From an uncultured virus (IMG/VR IMGVR_UViG_3300030095_006218) (Duplodnaviria > Heunggongvirae > Uroviricota > Caudoviricetes), in the IMG/VR virus record IMGVR_UViG_3300030095_006218: a DNA stretch of 64,000 bases. One strand, 5' to 3'. The notes under the pieces were generated by a model that was not told the DNA's origin, ran no database searches, and was given only the letters and a program-made list of their open reading frames with translations. Shown in pieces: positions 36,932-45,190 of the stretch. A program made the position numbers and the translations under genes. Position 1 is the stretch's first letter; every line of letters starts with the position of its first letter.

Positions 36932-38299
36932 TTATTTTTCCCTTATTTGTGTTTTAAATTTCTTATATTTATCTCTTAGCGCATCTGATTGCTCTTTTGC
37001 AGTCAGTGCATTCACCTGATCGGGTGTTTCTCCGGTCGATTCATGTACTCTAATTTTAACATTGCTAGTGTCCATTTTTACAGGATATATCACTCCATCA
37101 GGCCCGAATCTATTTTTGGCAACAAATATGCGGCCAGAGTTTACGCTTTTATCCTCTATGGTCCTAGACAGCGAAAATATAAAGTCGGCAACGAAACACT
37201 TACTAAAAGCTTCTGATATAGCTTCCATAGTCACAACCTCTGCGTTTAATCCCGAGCGGTTAGTTTGCGAGGCGGTCCATACAGGACACTCATGCACTTG
37301 GGCAATCCCACGCAATTCTTCATATATGGACTCCAAATCGTGCCTCCTTTCTCGCGACGTCGAAACTGGTCTTAGCAAGTCTCCATAATCTACTACGATC
37401 ATGCCAACATTGATACCCTTTTGTTTAAGCTTCTCCAAGTGAGATTTTATGGTATTAGTGCTGGCAGACTTGGTTGGATATTCCTTAATAATTAGACTGC
37501 CTTCAAGATCTTGCACTGATTCATAAATCTTTTCTTTGAAAGAAAACAAGTCTTTCAACTCAACGCCAGTAATACAACTGTCATACCTGAGTCCAATAAC
37601 TTCTTTGCTCAACTCCAGCGTGTAGTGAACAACAACTTTTCCCTCTTTGATAGCCTCGGCACCCAAGTGGACCAATACCATAGACTTTCCGGCACCAGTT
37701 GGGGCTATAACAACTCCAAGCTCGCCTTTTCCCAAACCACCCTTAGTGATAGAGTCAATCTCTTCCCAGCCGCTAGTAACCGGGTTTCGAGCCTTAAGCT
37801 GGTAGCGCTGCTCAAAGTCCTTAAGGTAGTCGTATCCGTGATCATTATCACATCCCAAATTGATTGCATCATTAATAACCTTTGCAATCTCATCAAAAGA
37901 AGAATTTTGTAGCAATTTTACAGAACGCAGCATTGCTTCTTTTAATTTCTGTTTCTTACAAAAATCTAGAGCAATATCTTTTATATAGTCCGGACCTTCG
38001 ACTTCTACTTCGTAAATGCGTGCAAAATAGTCACGCACTTGCGTTTGGGTTACGTCACTTTCGTTTTCCAACTCGGAGCGTAGAATGGTAGTCATAATTT
38101 TGTTTGTAGGGTGCACATCATATTTCTCACGATATGAAAACACCTTCTTAACAAACGTCTGTAAGTACTTAAGTTCTAGAAAGTTAATATCTAATACTTC
38201 CATCATTTGGTCAGCAAACGGCCGATCTTGTAGGATCAGTTGGCACAGGCTTTCTTGAAACGCTTTGCCAAAATGCGCGAAGCTTGTTTGTTCTGTCAT
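36932..38299 (-). CDS. dnaB: replicative DNA helicase (DnaB/SF4)
   Basis: GELGVVIAPTGAGKS, TLEL, VVDYGDL, WTASQTNR, KNRFG. Confidence 0.93.
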   Translation of the reverse strand: MTEQTSFAHFGKAFQESLCQLILQDRPFADQMMEVLDINFLELKYLQTFVKKVFSYREKYDVHPTNKIMTTILRSELENESDVTQTQVRDYFARIYEVEVEGPDYIKDIALDFCKKQKLKEAMLRSVKLLQNSSFDEIAKVINDAINLGCDNDHGYDYLKDFEQRYQLKARNPVTSGWEEIDSITKGGLGKGELGVVIAPTGAGKSMVLVHLGAEAIKEGKVVVHYTLELSKEVIGLRYDSCITGVELKDLFSFKEKIYESVQDLEGSLIIKEYPTKSASTNTIKSHLEKLKQKGINVGMIVVDYGDLLRPVSTSRERRHDLESIYEELRGIAQVHECPVWTASQTNRSGLNAEVVTMEAISEAFSKCFVADFIFSLSRTIEDKSVNSGRIFVAKNRFGPDGVIYPVKMDTSNVKIRVHESTGETPDQVNALTAKEQSDALRDKYKKFKTQIREK

Positions 38300-38320
38300 T
38301 TATACTCCAGACGTATGACT

Positions 38321-38349
38321 ACTATAATACAAATTGGCGGAAATGTCAA
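38321..38349 (-). promoter_or_regulatory. sigma70-type promoter for helicase/RNR
   Basis: TTGACA, 17 bp, TATAGT. Confidence 0.65.
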
Positions 38350-38372
38350 CCTATTTCTGCCTTATTTTGATT

Positions 38373-39515
38373 TTATTTTTTGCCCAACTTGGACAAGAGT
38401 TGTTTAAGTGCAGATGTGGCTTTTTCAGGCTCATCAGATGGGTCAATCCACTCATAATCCGACACTTCTTCTTTTTGCAATTCTATTGTACCAGAAAAGT
38501 CAGAAGTTTTAAAAAAATGTTTTGTATTTTCTTCATTTTTACCAAGATCTGTTAAACTTTTAACTTCGAGGCCAGTCTCTTCCTTAACTTCTCGGATGGC
38601 TGCTTCTTCTGCAGTTTCTCCTTCTTTTTTGTGCCCACCCGGAGCATCAAACTTTTCTGAGCCGGTAATTTTTACTGTCAAAACTTTACCATCCTCATTG
38701 AGTATGGCCACTTTCGATGAAACCTTTGTGTCCTTAGCCTCGTTCATAAATCGTTTCCAACCATTGTCAATGCGCTCTTGTAGATCCTCGCGTGGCGCAT
38801 CTGTAGTATATAGGCGCGGGCGTATTAGAACGCGATCTTTAACTTGATGTATTATCAGTTTAAAATCTTCCGGGCGTACATCATCCTCTACTGGTTGCTG
38901 TGAGGTTAATTTTTGAATTACATCTTTGATATTTTTCTCGGAATCTTCGTAGTAATGCACAGTATTGATATTAGACTTCCCATTTGGCATTATCTTGTTT
39001 CTGAGCATAGTGGCTATAACATCGCCCTTAGACTGCCCTTGTGTTGCCATTGTACGTACTTTACTGGGGTCGATGCTAATCTCGCCTAAGTAATCAAGGA
39101 TGGGGCCGATAGACTTACCTCTCCTTGCCGTTATAATATAAGTTTTAGAATGCTCCAAGTCAAGAACCTTCCTAAGCTGGTCCGTTATGCCTGTGATTTC
39201 CTCTGGGTTGACCACCCTCTCAAAGTCTGATAGGTCGATTTCATAGCCGATGGCCTCTAAATCTCTCACAGGATCAAAAGTCTCGATGTCCCTCAATTTT
39301 GCTTGACCTTGCATGTAATCTTCAAATTCTTTCTGATTTGTTAATCTCGCGTCCGGACTTTCTGGGTTTTTTGCTTTAGATCTGCCGGGAACCCACACCT
39401 TGGTTTCTGACTGTGTATGGGCTATTGTTTCATCAAAATCGAAAATATGCAAAGTGGTAACAGGCTCATACTCTTCTGTTATAAACTCTCGCCAATTTTC
39501 AAGTAGGTGTTTCAT
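38373..39515 (-). CDS. HAD-family phosphatase fused to a Nudix hydrolase
   Basis: IFDFDETI (HAD I), ITAR (II), K and YED (III/IV); Nudix box GGHKKEGETAEEAAIREVKEETGL. Confidence 0.88.
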   Translation of the reverse strand: MKHLLENWREFITEEYEPVTTLHIFDFDETIAHTQSETKVWVPGRSKAKNPESPDARLTNQKEFEDYMQGQAKLRDIETFDPVRDLEAIGYEIDLSDFERVVNPEEITGITDQLRKVLDLEHSKTYIITARRGKSIGPILDYLGEISIDPSKVRTMATQGQSKGDVIATMLRNKIMPNGKSNINTVHYYEDSEKNIKDVIQKLTSQQPVEDDVRPEDFKLIIHQVKDRVLIRPRLYTTDAPREDLQERIDNGWKRFMNEAKDTKVSSKVAILNEDGKVLTVKITGSEKFDAPGGHKKEGETAEEAAIREVKEETGLEVKSLTDLGKNEENTKHFFKTSDFSGTIELQKEEVSDYEWIDPSDEPEKATSALKQLLSKLGKK

Positions 39516-39630
39516 CCAAACGCCTTCTTATACTTTTCTGGAGTTTCTGGGTTATCTAGATCTAAGATTTTTGCCTTGNNNNNNNNNNTTCTTCTAAATA
39601 CTTTTTCCAATTTTCCATTATAAGTTTCAT
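39512..39630 (-). CDS. gene interrupted by an assembly gap
   Basis: Begins MKLIMENWKKYLEE (ATGA-coupled), N run, then ...KAKILDLDNPETPEKYKKAFG* ATGA-coupled to the next gene. Confidence 0.7.
39579..39588. other. assembly gap (10 N)
   Basis: Run of n in the sequence; true length unknown. Confidence 1.
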
Positions 39631-39878
39631 TTTATTTCCTCTACTGAGTCGTCCATCAGATCATCAAAGTCCGTACGCAATTTGATCATTGAATTAAATT
39701 GTGCTCTCTTCCTATCAAGAATCAATGAGCCCTGTGGGCGTACCAATTCGCCTGATACTTCTACGCCTTCAAAATCAATCTCTGTTCTTTCTTTATACAC
39801 AACTTTTGGCTCTTCTTTCGGGTCATCCGCGTGAGCCATTCCAGACATTACTAAGAACATTAACATGCAACATTTCAT
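39627..39878 (-). CDS. secreted protein resembling myxobacterial gliding-motility protein CglF/GltF
   Basis: Signal peptide ending AHA; mature KVVYKERTEIDFEGVEVSGELVRPQGSLI...FNSMIKLRTDF; AAGGAGG RBS. Confidence 0.7.
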   Translation of the reverse strand: MKCCMLMFLVMSGMAHADDPKEEPKVVYKERTEIDFEGVEVSGELVRPQGSLILDRKRAQFNSMIKLRTDFDDLMDDSVEEIK

Positions 39879-40049
39879 TTCCACTTCCTCCTTAACTATT
39901 TTACAGCCAGTAGTAGCCGACCGCAATTCCGGCTGTCAAGCAGACAACCTTTGTTAAAGTAAATAGCACATAGTCCTCAAGATCACCCTTCAAAAAGATT
40001 AACTCTTTATAGCGCTCCCATGTGCTTTTCATTAAATCTCTTGGTGTAG

Positions 40050-40319
40050 TCATTCTCCCCCATAGACCTCATACAAGTCTTCTTCGCCCTCTGCAGTTTC
40101 TCTGCTTGTCATTGCCTCTAAGCATTCTATCTTGTCTGAAACTGCTGTTGTGTATAGGAATGGAAGCACAGAATGTACTGCGCATTTAACCTCTAACTTT
40201 TTTAGAAAAAAGACAATTTTCCATGCGGCGCACATATGCTGCAGGTATGTTTCTCCATTTTCTTCGGGGTGTTTTGTGAATAATTCTTTTATCTTATATT
40301 GTATTAGTTTTAGTCTCAT
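40050..40319 (-). CDS. DUF6356-like small protein
   Basis: FTKHPEENGETYLQH...HSVLPFLY pattern. Confidence 0.6.
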   Translation of the reverse strand: MRLKLIQYKIKELFTKHPEENGETYLQHMCAAWKIVFFLKKLEVKCAVHSVLPFLYTTAVSDKIECLEAMTSRETAEGEEDLYEVYGGE

Positions 40320-42835
40320 TTTGCATATTTCCTCCAGCTATCAAAAATTGACGACATATTATTCTTTTTGTTCTCATCCAAATTCTTTTGCATGTGCGAC
40401 GGAAGATATGTGTTAGCCATTTGTAACACAATAGGTTGGATAGCCTCTCTCAATTCATCTTCATCATCCCACTGCTCTATAATCGCCTCAAGTATGCGAG
40501 CCTGCTCATCTCCACTGTATCCTCTAATGCCAAAAGTGATTTCGAAGATAACGTCTTCGGATGCATCGAGCCATGTGTTGTAGACTGTATCAACGTAGTA
40601 TTCAGTGTTTAACTCTTCTTGCACAGGCTTATGAATTGCCACGCGAGCAGCTGTTCTAAAATCACGCGATTCGGCAATCTTCATTAAGACTTTGGGATTC
40701 ATTTCTATTACGGGTTCGAATGCTCCGAAATCAATCTTGGCAGAGGCAGTAATAGAGTCAACCTCTTCTGCGTCATATCGATCGTCAGTTTCCAGATCCC
40801 AAACATAGCTGGTTAAGTCTTCGTCGATGATCCGTCTTGCCATGCTTTCCATTCCGCCACCAGACATATAGCCTTCATTCTTGAAAAATCTGGTCAGTAT
40901 TTCCTCGAAATGTGCACGTCTTTCATCAATGTGTTGGTCTATGGTCCGGCAAAAGTCATCGACCCCGCCTATATCATGCATTATGCCCAAATTCTCAACT
41001 TCTAAGTCTGGGTGCATGAAATTAATATCACAGCCCCAACGAACGGTTTCGGGGTCAGATTTGGTCAGGAAGGCTTCGTTGACCTTGAGAATCGTACCAT
41101 ACATGTCGTTAATATAATCGGCTGCATGCATGGCAGTAGGATAGCTGTTGGGAAGCTGTTCAAAGTCATCTAAATCAAATTCAATTTTTATCGTGACGCG
41201 CCATGGTTCAATCCAGACACCACCACCAAGATCCTCATCATGCTGAACACGCAGATCAACTTCGGTGCTGGCGTAGTGATTGTTCCACCATTCCACCCTT
41301 TCGTCTACTTCCGCTTCCACCCTTCCAGCGTAACCCTTGAAAAGATCTGGAGTAAGCCTATCTTCGGTCTCAGTATTTTGTTTCACTTCGCCAGAAAAGT
41401 TACCGATTGGTCGCTGCAAAAGTAGCGATAAAAGCTCTTTACGGCCCGAAATATTGGCGGTATCCTCATAAGAGCCTCCAAAAAGCGTAAGATAATCCAA
41501 ATCAATACCATCACCGTATGAATCTACTGTTAACCTGCCAATGGTTTCTTCTTGGCTCTCTCTTGCCCATTTGCGTACGCGCTCGGCAAATCCGGGTAGC
41601 GGTTGACCATATATTCTCTTCTCGGGTACTGCGAGTTCTTCGCCATCGTCCCATCGCTTCGGGAACTGAGTGGTGTAATGTCTCATTTGGCGGACCCTAA
41701 CCCTGCTTATCGGCCGTAGGTCGCCGGTATTAGGTCTTTGTGGATCGTAAAATATCTCACCTTCTTGAATTTCTTGTTCAGCACTATCAATATTGCCAGT
41801 GTCGGTCTCATAAAGCAGCTCTTCAGTTTTTACAACATAGGCTATAGCCCCGTGGCCTTGTGCCTCGGCAACGGCACACTTGTAATAACTCGTATCTCCT
41901 TCGCGACTTGGTGGTGAGTGGCAAGATGTAATGTTGTCATAATCGCTCATCCTTATTACATCAATTGGGTGCCGAGTAATAATAATTGAATATGTGTCGC
42001 TTTCGTACGCGCTTTGAAGCTCACTTTTAATAGACTTGGAGTTCTCAAGCCAATATTTTCCCAAATCTATTAGCTTTGTATCTGGCACTACAATTGGCTT
42101 TCTTTCTCTGGGTTCTTTTCCGTGTGTCCGATCGTCCTGATCTTGCCTTTCTCTGCGGGCCTGTTCTTTGTCTTGCCAGTCCTTCTTATCCGCTAAGTCT
42201 AAGTATAAATCTCTGGTAGCGATGCGACCTGTATACAATTCCATCTGATTAAAGACTTGTGCCAGCCTTTTTTGCTCTTCATCACTTAGAGCCCTTTCGG
42301 CTTCATTTCCGGTGTATGAAAGCGCGTGGCGCATTCCGACAGCGTAATCTTTAAGACTAGGCATGGCTTCTTTACTATACTTGTGATCGCCAATTTTCGT
42401 ATACAACTCTTTGTGCTGCTTTAATATATTATCAACCTTTACAAAGTATTTACCAATTTTCATTTCAATTTTCTTTTGAATTCTTTTTGCAGGCTCGCCT
42501 CCAGTGCCAATACCAAGCATTTGATGCGCTGGTTGTGCATGGTCGGCAAAATCTCTTTGGGCAGAAACCATACCTCTCTCCCAGTCAACTTTTAATTCAA
42601 ATCTTTTTTCAAGCAACTCAATAAATTTTCCAAGCTCCGATTCGTTGTCCAAAGTTGGAAAATCAAGGACTATACGCATCTTGCCGCCAAAAAGTGCATC
42701 AAACGCAATGTCGCTGCCTTTTAGGTCGTCTAATACGCCCTCGATTGCCTCTAATTCATATTCATCGATCTCTCTAAGTAACTTTTCCTCGCGCTCGTTA
42801 ATAAACTTGCGCCAGCCATCAAATTGCTTTTGCAT
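40316..42835 (-). CDS. large hypothetical protein (839 aa), paralog of 11076..14726
   Basis: TRHPIDVIRMSD...SCHS...CAVAEAQGHG; WRKF tag at the N-terminus and WRKY at the C-terminus. Confidence 0.85.
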   Translation of the reverse strand: MQKQFDGWRKFINEREEKLLREIDEYELEAIEGVLDDLKGSDIAFDALFGGKMRIVLDFPTLDNESELGKFIELLEKRFELKVDWERGMVSAQRDFADHAQPAHQMLGIGTGGEPAKRIQKKIEMKIGKYFVKVDNILKQHKELYTKIGDHKYSKEAMPSLKDYAVGMRHALSYTGNEAERALSDEEQKRLAQVFNQMELYTGRIATRDLYLDLADKKDWQDKEQARRERQDQDDRTHGKEPRERKPIVVPDTKLIDLGKYWLENSKSIKSELQSAYESDTYSIIITRHPIDVIRMSDYDNITSCHSPPSREGDTSYYKCAVAEAQGHGAIAYVVKTEELLYETDTGNIDSAEQEIQEGEIFYDPQRPNTGDLRPISRVRVRQMRHYTTQFPKRWDDGEELAVPEKRIYGQPLPGFAERVRKWARESQEETIGRLTVDSYGDGIDLDYLTLFGGSYEDTANISGRKELLSLLLQRPIGNFSGEVKQNTETEDRLTPDLFKGYAGRVEAEVDERVEWWNNHYASTEVDLRVQHDEDLGGGVWIEPWRVTIKIEFDLDDFEQLPNSYPTAMHAADYINDMYGTILKVNEAFLTKSDPETVRWGCDINFMHPDLEVENLGIMHDIGGVDDFCRTIDQHIDERRAHFEEILTRFFKNEGYMSGGGMESMARRIIDEDLTSYVWDLETDDRYDAEEVDSITASAKIDFGAFEPVIEMNPKVLMKIAESRDFRTAARVAIHKPVQEELNTEYYVDTVYNTWLDASEDVIFEITFGIRGYSGDEQARILEAIIEQWDDEDELREAIQPIVLQMANTYLPSHMQKNLDENKKNNMSSIFDSWRKYAK

Positions 42836-43629
42836 TATTCTTCCTCTACTGACATTAACCTATCATACGACATTGTTTTTAAATCTGATAATTGTTCCAA
42901 ATAGTCGCCTCGGCGCAGTGCTTTAAAGGCTAAATTTTCAATTGAATACACACCACCTTGCTCAAGGCCACATTGGCGCATTCTGCGAATCTTTTCTTTA
43001 ACTCTGTCTGCCTGCTCAACGGCTTCGCCATAGTTACCCTCATCCATGATTTGCTGAACCGTGTCAATACGACTTATCACTTCGGAAGTTTTATGTCGTA
43101 CGTCATCCCAGTTAACTTGCACCTCTTCTCTTACGGGTACCTTATTCCATTCGTTTTTAAGAACAGAGTATACGCCAGTCGACATGTGCGCTTCTTGAAA
43201 ATCTTGCACATAAACTTCGACTTCGTATCCAAACATTCTTACGTCGTGTTTGCGATTCCAGTCGCTTTTCTTTGACTTTAAAAACTCTTTAACAAATTCA
43301 TAGTCTGCATCAATATCTGTATAGTCTATTATGATATGCAAATCGACATCTGAGTACTTTGACCAGTTGTAGTTTGCTAAAGAGCCGGTAATTGTAACGT
43401 CAAAAACGTTAACATCCAGACCGAGTTGATTATAAAAATCATCTGCTATCTGTAACAACTTGTCCCGAATTTCGGGGTTTAAAGTGCTTTTCGCACCAAT
43501 CCAAAATTCGGGATTAAGTTCCTGCTTTATTTCAAAGCCGGCAATATCGATGTTCTCAGGTTTTACAAGTTCATCTATTTTATTAGTTTCGGTTAGAAAC
43601 TTTTTCCATTTAAATGCTGTTTCATACAT
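42835..43629 (-). CDS. pol-beta-superfamily nucleotidyltransferase
   Basis: ITGSLANY...SDVDLHI...EVEVYVQD (GS, DxD, third acidic residue). Confidence 0.85.
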   Translation of the reverse strand: MYETAFKWKKFLTETNKIDELVKPENIDIAGFEIKQELNPEFWIGAKSTLNPEIRDKLLQIADDFYNQLGLDVNVFDVTITGSLANYNWSKYSDVDLHIIIDYTDIDADYEFVKEFLKSKKSDWNRKHDVRMFGYEVEVYVQDFQEAHMSTGVYSVLKNEWNKVPVREEVQVNWDDVRHKTSEVISRIDTVQQIMDEGNYGEAVEQADRVKEKIRRMRQCGLEQGGVYSIENLAFKALRRGDYLEQLSDLKTMSYDRLMSVEEE

Positions 43630-43639
43630 AACATTATAA

Positions 43640-44611
43640 TTAGTTTCCTTTTTTACTCTCGACTACAATTCTTTGACATGCGGCAAACAGATCGCTAAAA
43701 TCAACCACCCCAAAGCCATCCTCTACCATCATTGAGCGAATCTTAGTTTTATTTATTTCTGGCTCATAGTTTTCAACTGCAAATCGAATTTTCTGCTTTC
43801 CTTGCGGGCTGATCAGTGGGGAATAGAGTTGCATCATCTTATAGTTATGTTCGATAACATCTCGATTTTCAGCGATTCTTTCATATACCTTTAGGTTGCT
43901 ATCAACTTCTTTACAGTAGTCCACAACCTCATCAATCGTATAGCTCTTATCTTCTACCAAGAACGGCAATCTAGATTTAACGGTAGGCAGTCCCACGCCA
44001 CGAATTCCCTCCAGATTGTCGGATTTATCACCAACAATAGCTCTTGCTAATGCCATATTAGTCGGATGAATATTGAACTCTTCAATTATGCGGTTCTTAT
44101 TCATAATCTTCTTTTGAATAGGGCGATATACTATGACGTCATCATCGCACAACTGAAAGAAGTCTTTATCGCTAGATACGATTACCTGCTCCCAACCTTT
44201 GTATTTCGACTGTTTTGTGACATATGAAATAATATCATCCGCCTCGACAGACGGAACCATAAGCTGAATTACACTAAGGTGATTTAGGTATTCTACTAGC
44301 CGCGTCATTTGCCAAACTTTGTTCTCAATCTCTTCGTTTTCTGTGAGATTGCGAATATCACGATTTAGACGTATTGGCTTGCGGCCGGCCTTGTAGTTTT
44401 TATCTGTTGCCTTCCTTTTCTTGGAACCGCCCTCGCCGTCCCAGCAGATAATTACTTCATCTGGCTTTGTTTCGCGGACCAACTTTTGAATAATCTTAAG
44501 AAACCCCTTAAGGCCGCCGATTGGCTGGCCATTAAGGGACAAGCTTGGATCTACAATGTAGGCTCTAAAATATGCATTGAGCGCATCAATGATTAAAAGA
44601 CGCTTTTTCAT
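43640..44611 (-). CDS. 5'-3' exonuclease / flap endonuclease (PolI N-terminal/T4 RNase H-like)
   Basis: LIIDALN, YKAGR, EADDII, SSDKDF, GDKSDNLEGIRGVG. Confidence 0.93.
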   Translation of the reverse strand: MKKRLLIIDALNAYFRAYIVDPSLSLNGQPIGGLKGFLKIIQKLVRETKPDEVIICWDGEGGSKKRKATDKNYKAGRKPIRLNRDIRNLTENEEIENKVWQMTRLVEYLNHLSVIQLMVPSVEADDIISYVTKQSKYKGWEQVIVSSDKDFFQLCDDDVIVYRPIQKKIMNKNRIIEEFNIHPTNMALARAIVGDKSDNLEGIRGVGLPTVKSRLPFLVEDKSYTIDEVVDYCKEVDSNLKVYERIAENRDVIEHNYKMMQLYSPLISPQGKQKIRFAVENYEPEINKTKIRSMMVEDGFGVVDFSDLFAACQRIVVESKKGN

Positions 44612-44620
44612 CTATTCATC

Positions 44621-44716
44621 CTATTTTTGGTTTCTTGCCTTGCGGCGATTGCGACGGCGCTTTGAGCCAACCTTACGGCGGCGGCGGCACTTTCTATGTG
44701 GTTCTTTACGACTCAT
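44621..44716 (-). CDS. 31-aa Arg/Lys-rich peptide (below ORF-track cutoff)
   Basis: MSRKEPHRKCRRRRKVGSKRRRNRRKARNQK*; perfect AAGGAGGT RBS; fills the intergenic gap. Confidence 0.75.
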   Translation of the reverse strand: MSRKEPHRKCRRRRKVGSKRRRNRRKARNQK

Positions 44717-44725
44717 ATTACCTCC

Positions 44726-45142
44726 TTATAATTTATGAATTCCAACTGTTTTGTCATCAATAGTGTAAACTACTTTACGAACACCAACGTGGCGCAGTAC
44801 TGCTTCACACATTTCGCAAGGTTTTGACATTTTAAAATCTCCTGCCTTTCCAATACGTGCAACATACACAGTTGCTCCTTGCGTAACAGAGCGGTCGATT
44901 CCTAAGACACATCCCAACTCTGCATGGTGGGTTGCATGTCCGCAATCGCGCGTTCTAAAACGATTGCCCCAGCGTTTAAAGCTGTTCTTGTTGCAGGAAG
45001 AATTAATAATACTCCCTCCCCTAACAAGAAGCGCGCCATGCCTATAGTCTTCAAAAACCGACTCTGCGGCTGTTCGACGGACAATCTCAAAATATCTCTT
45101 AGTCCTGCCCGTCATGGGCCGGTGCGATTCCGAGTCATCCAT
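44726..45142 (-). CDS. zinc-dependent cytidine/dCMP deaminase-family protein
   Basis: HAE and PCEMC motifs. Confidence 0.85.
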   Translation of the reverse strand: MDDSESHRPMTGRTKRYFEIVRRTAAESVFEDYRHGALLVRGGSIINSSCNKNSFKRWGNRFRTRDCGHATHHAELGCVLGIDRSVTQGATVYVARIGKAGDFKMSKPCEMCEAVLRHVGVRKVVYTIDDKTVGIHKL

Positions 45143-45161
45143 TTTTTCCCCAACTATTACT

Positions 45162-45190
45162 ATTATAGTTGATTATGAATCAAAAGTCAA
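45162..45190 (-). promoter_or_regulatory. sigma70-type promoter
   Basis: TTGACT, 17 bp, TATAAT. Confidence 0.7.
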
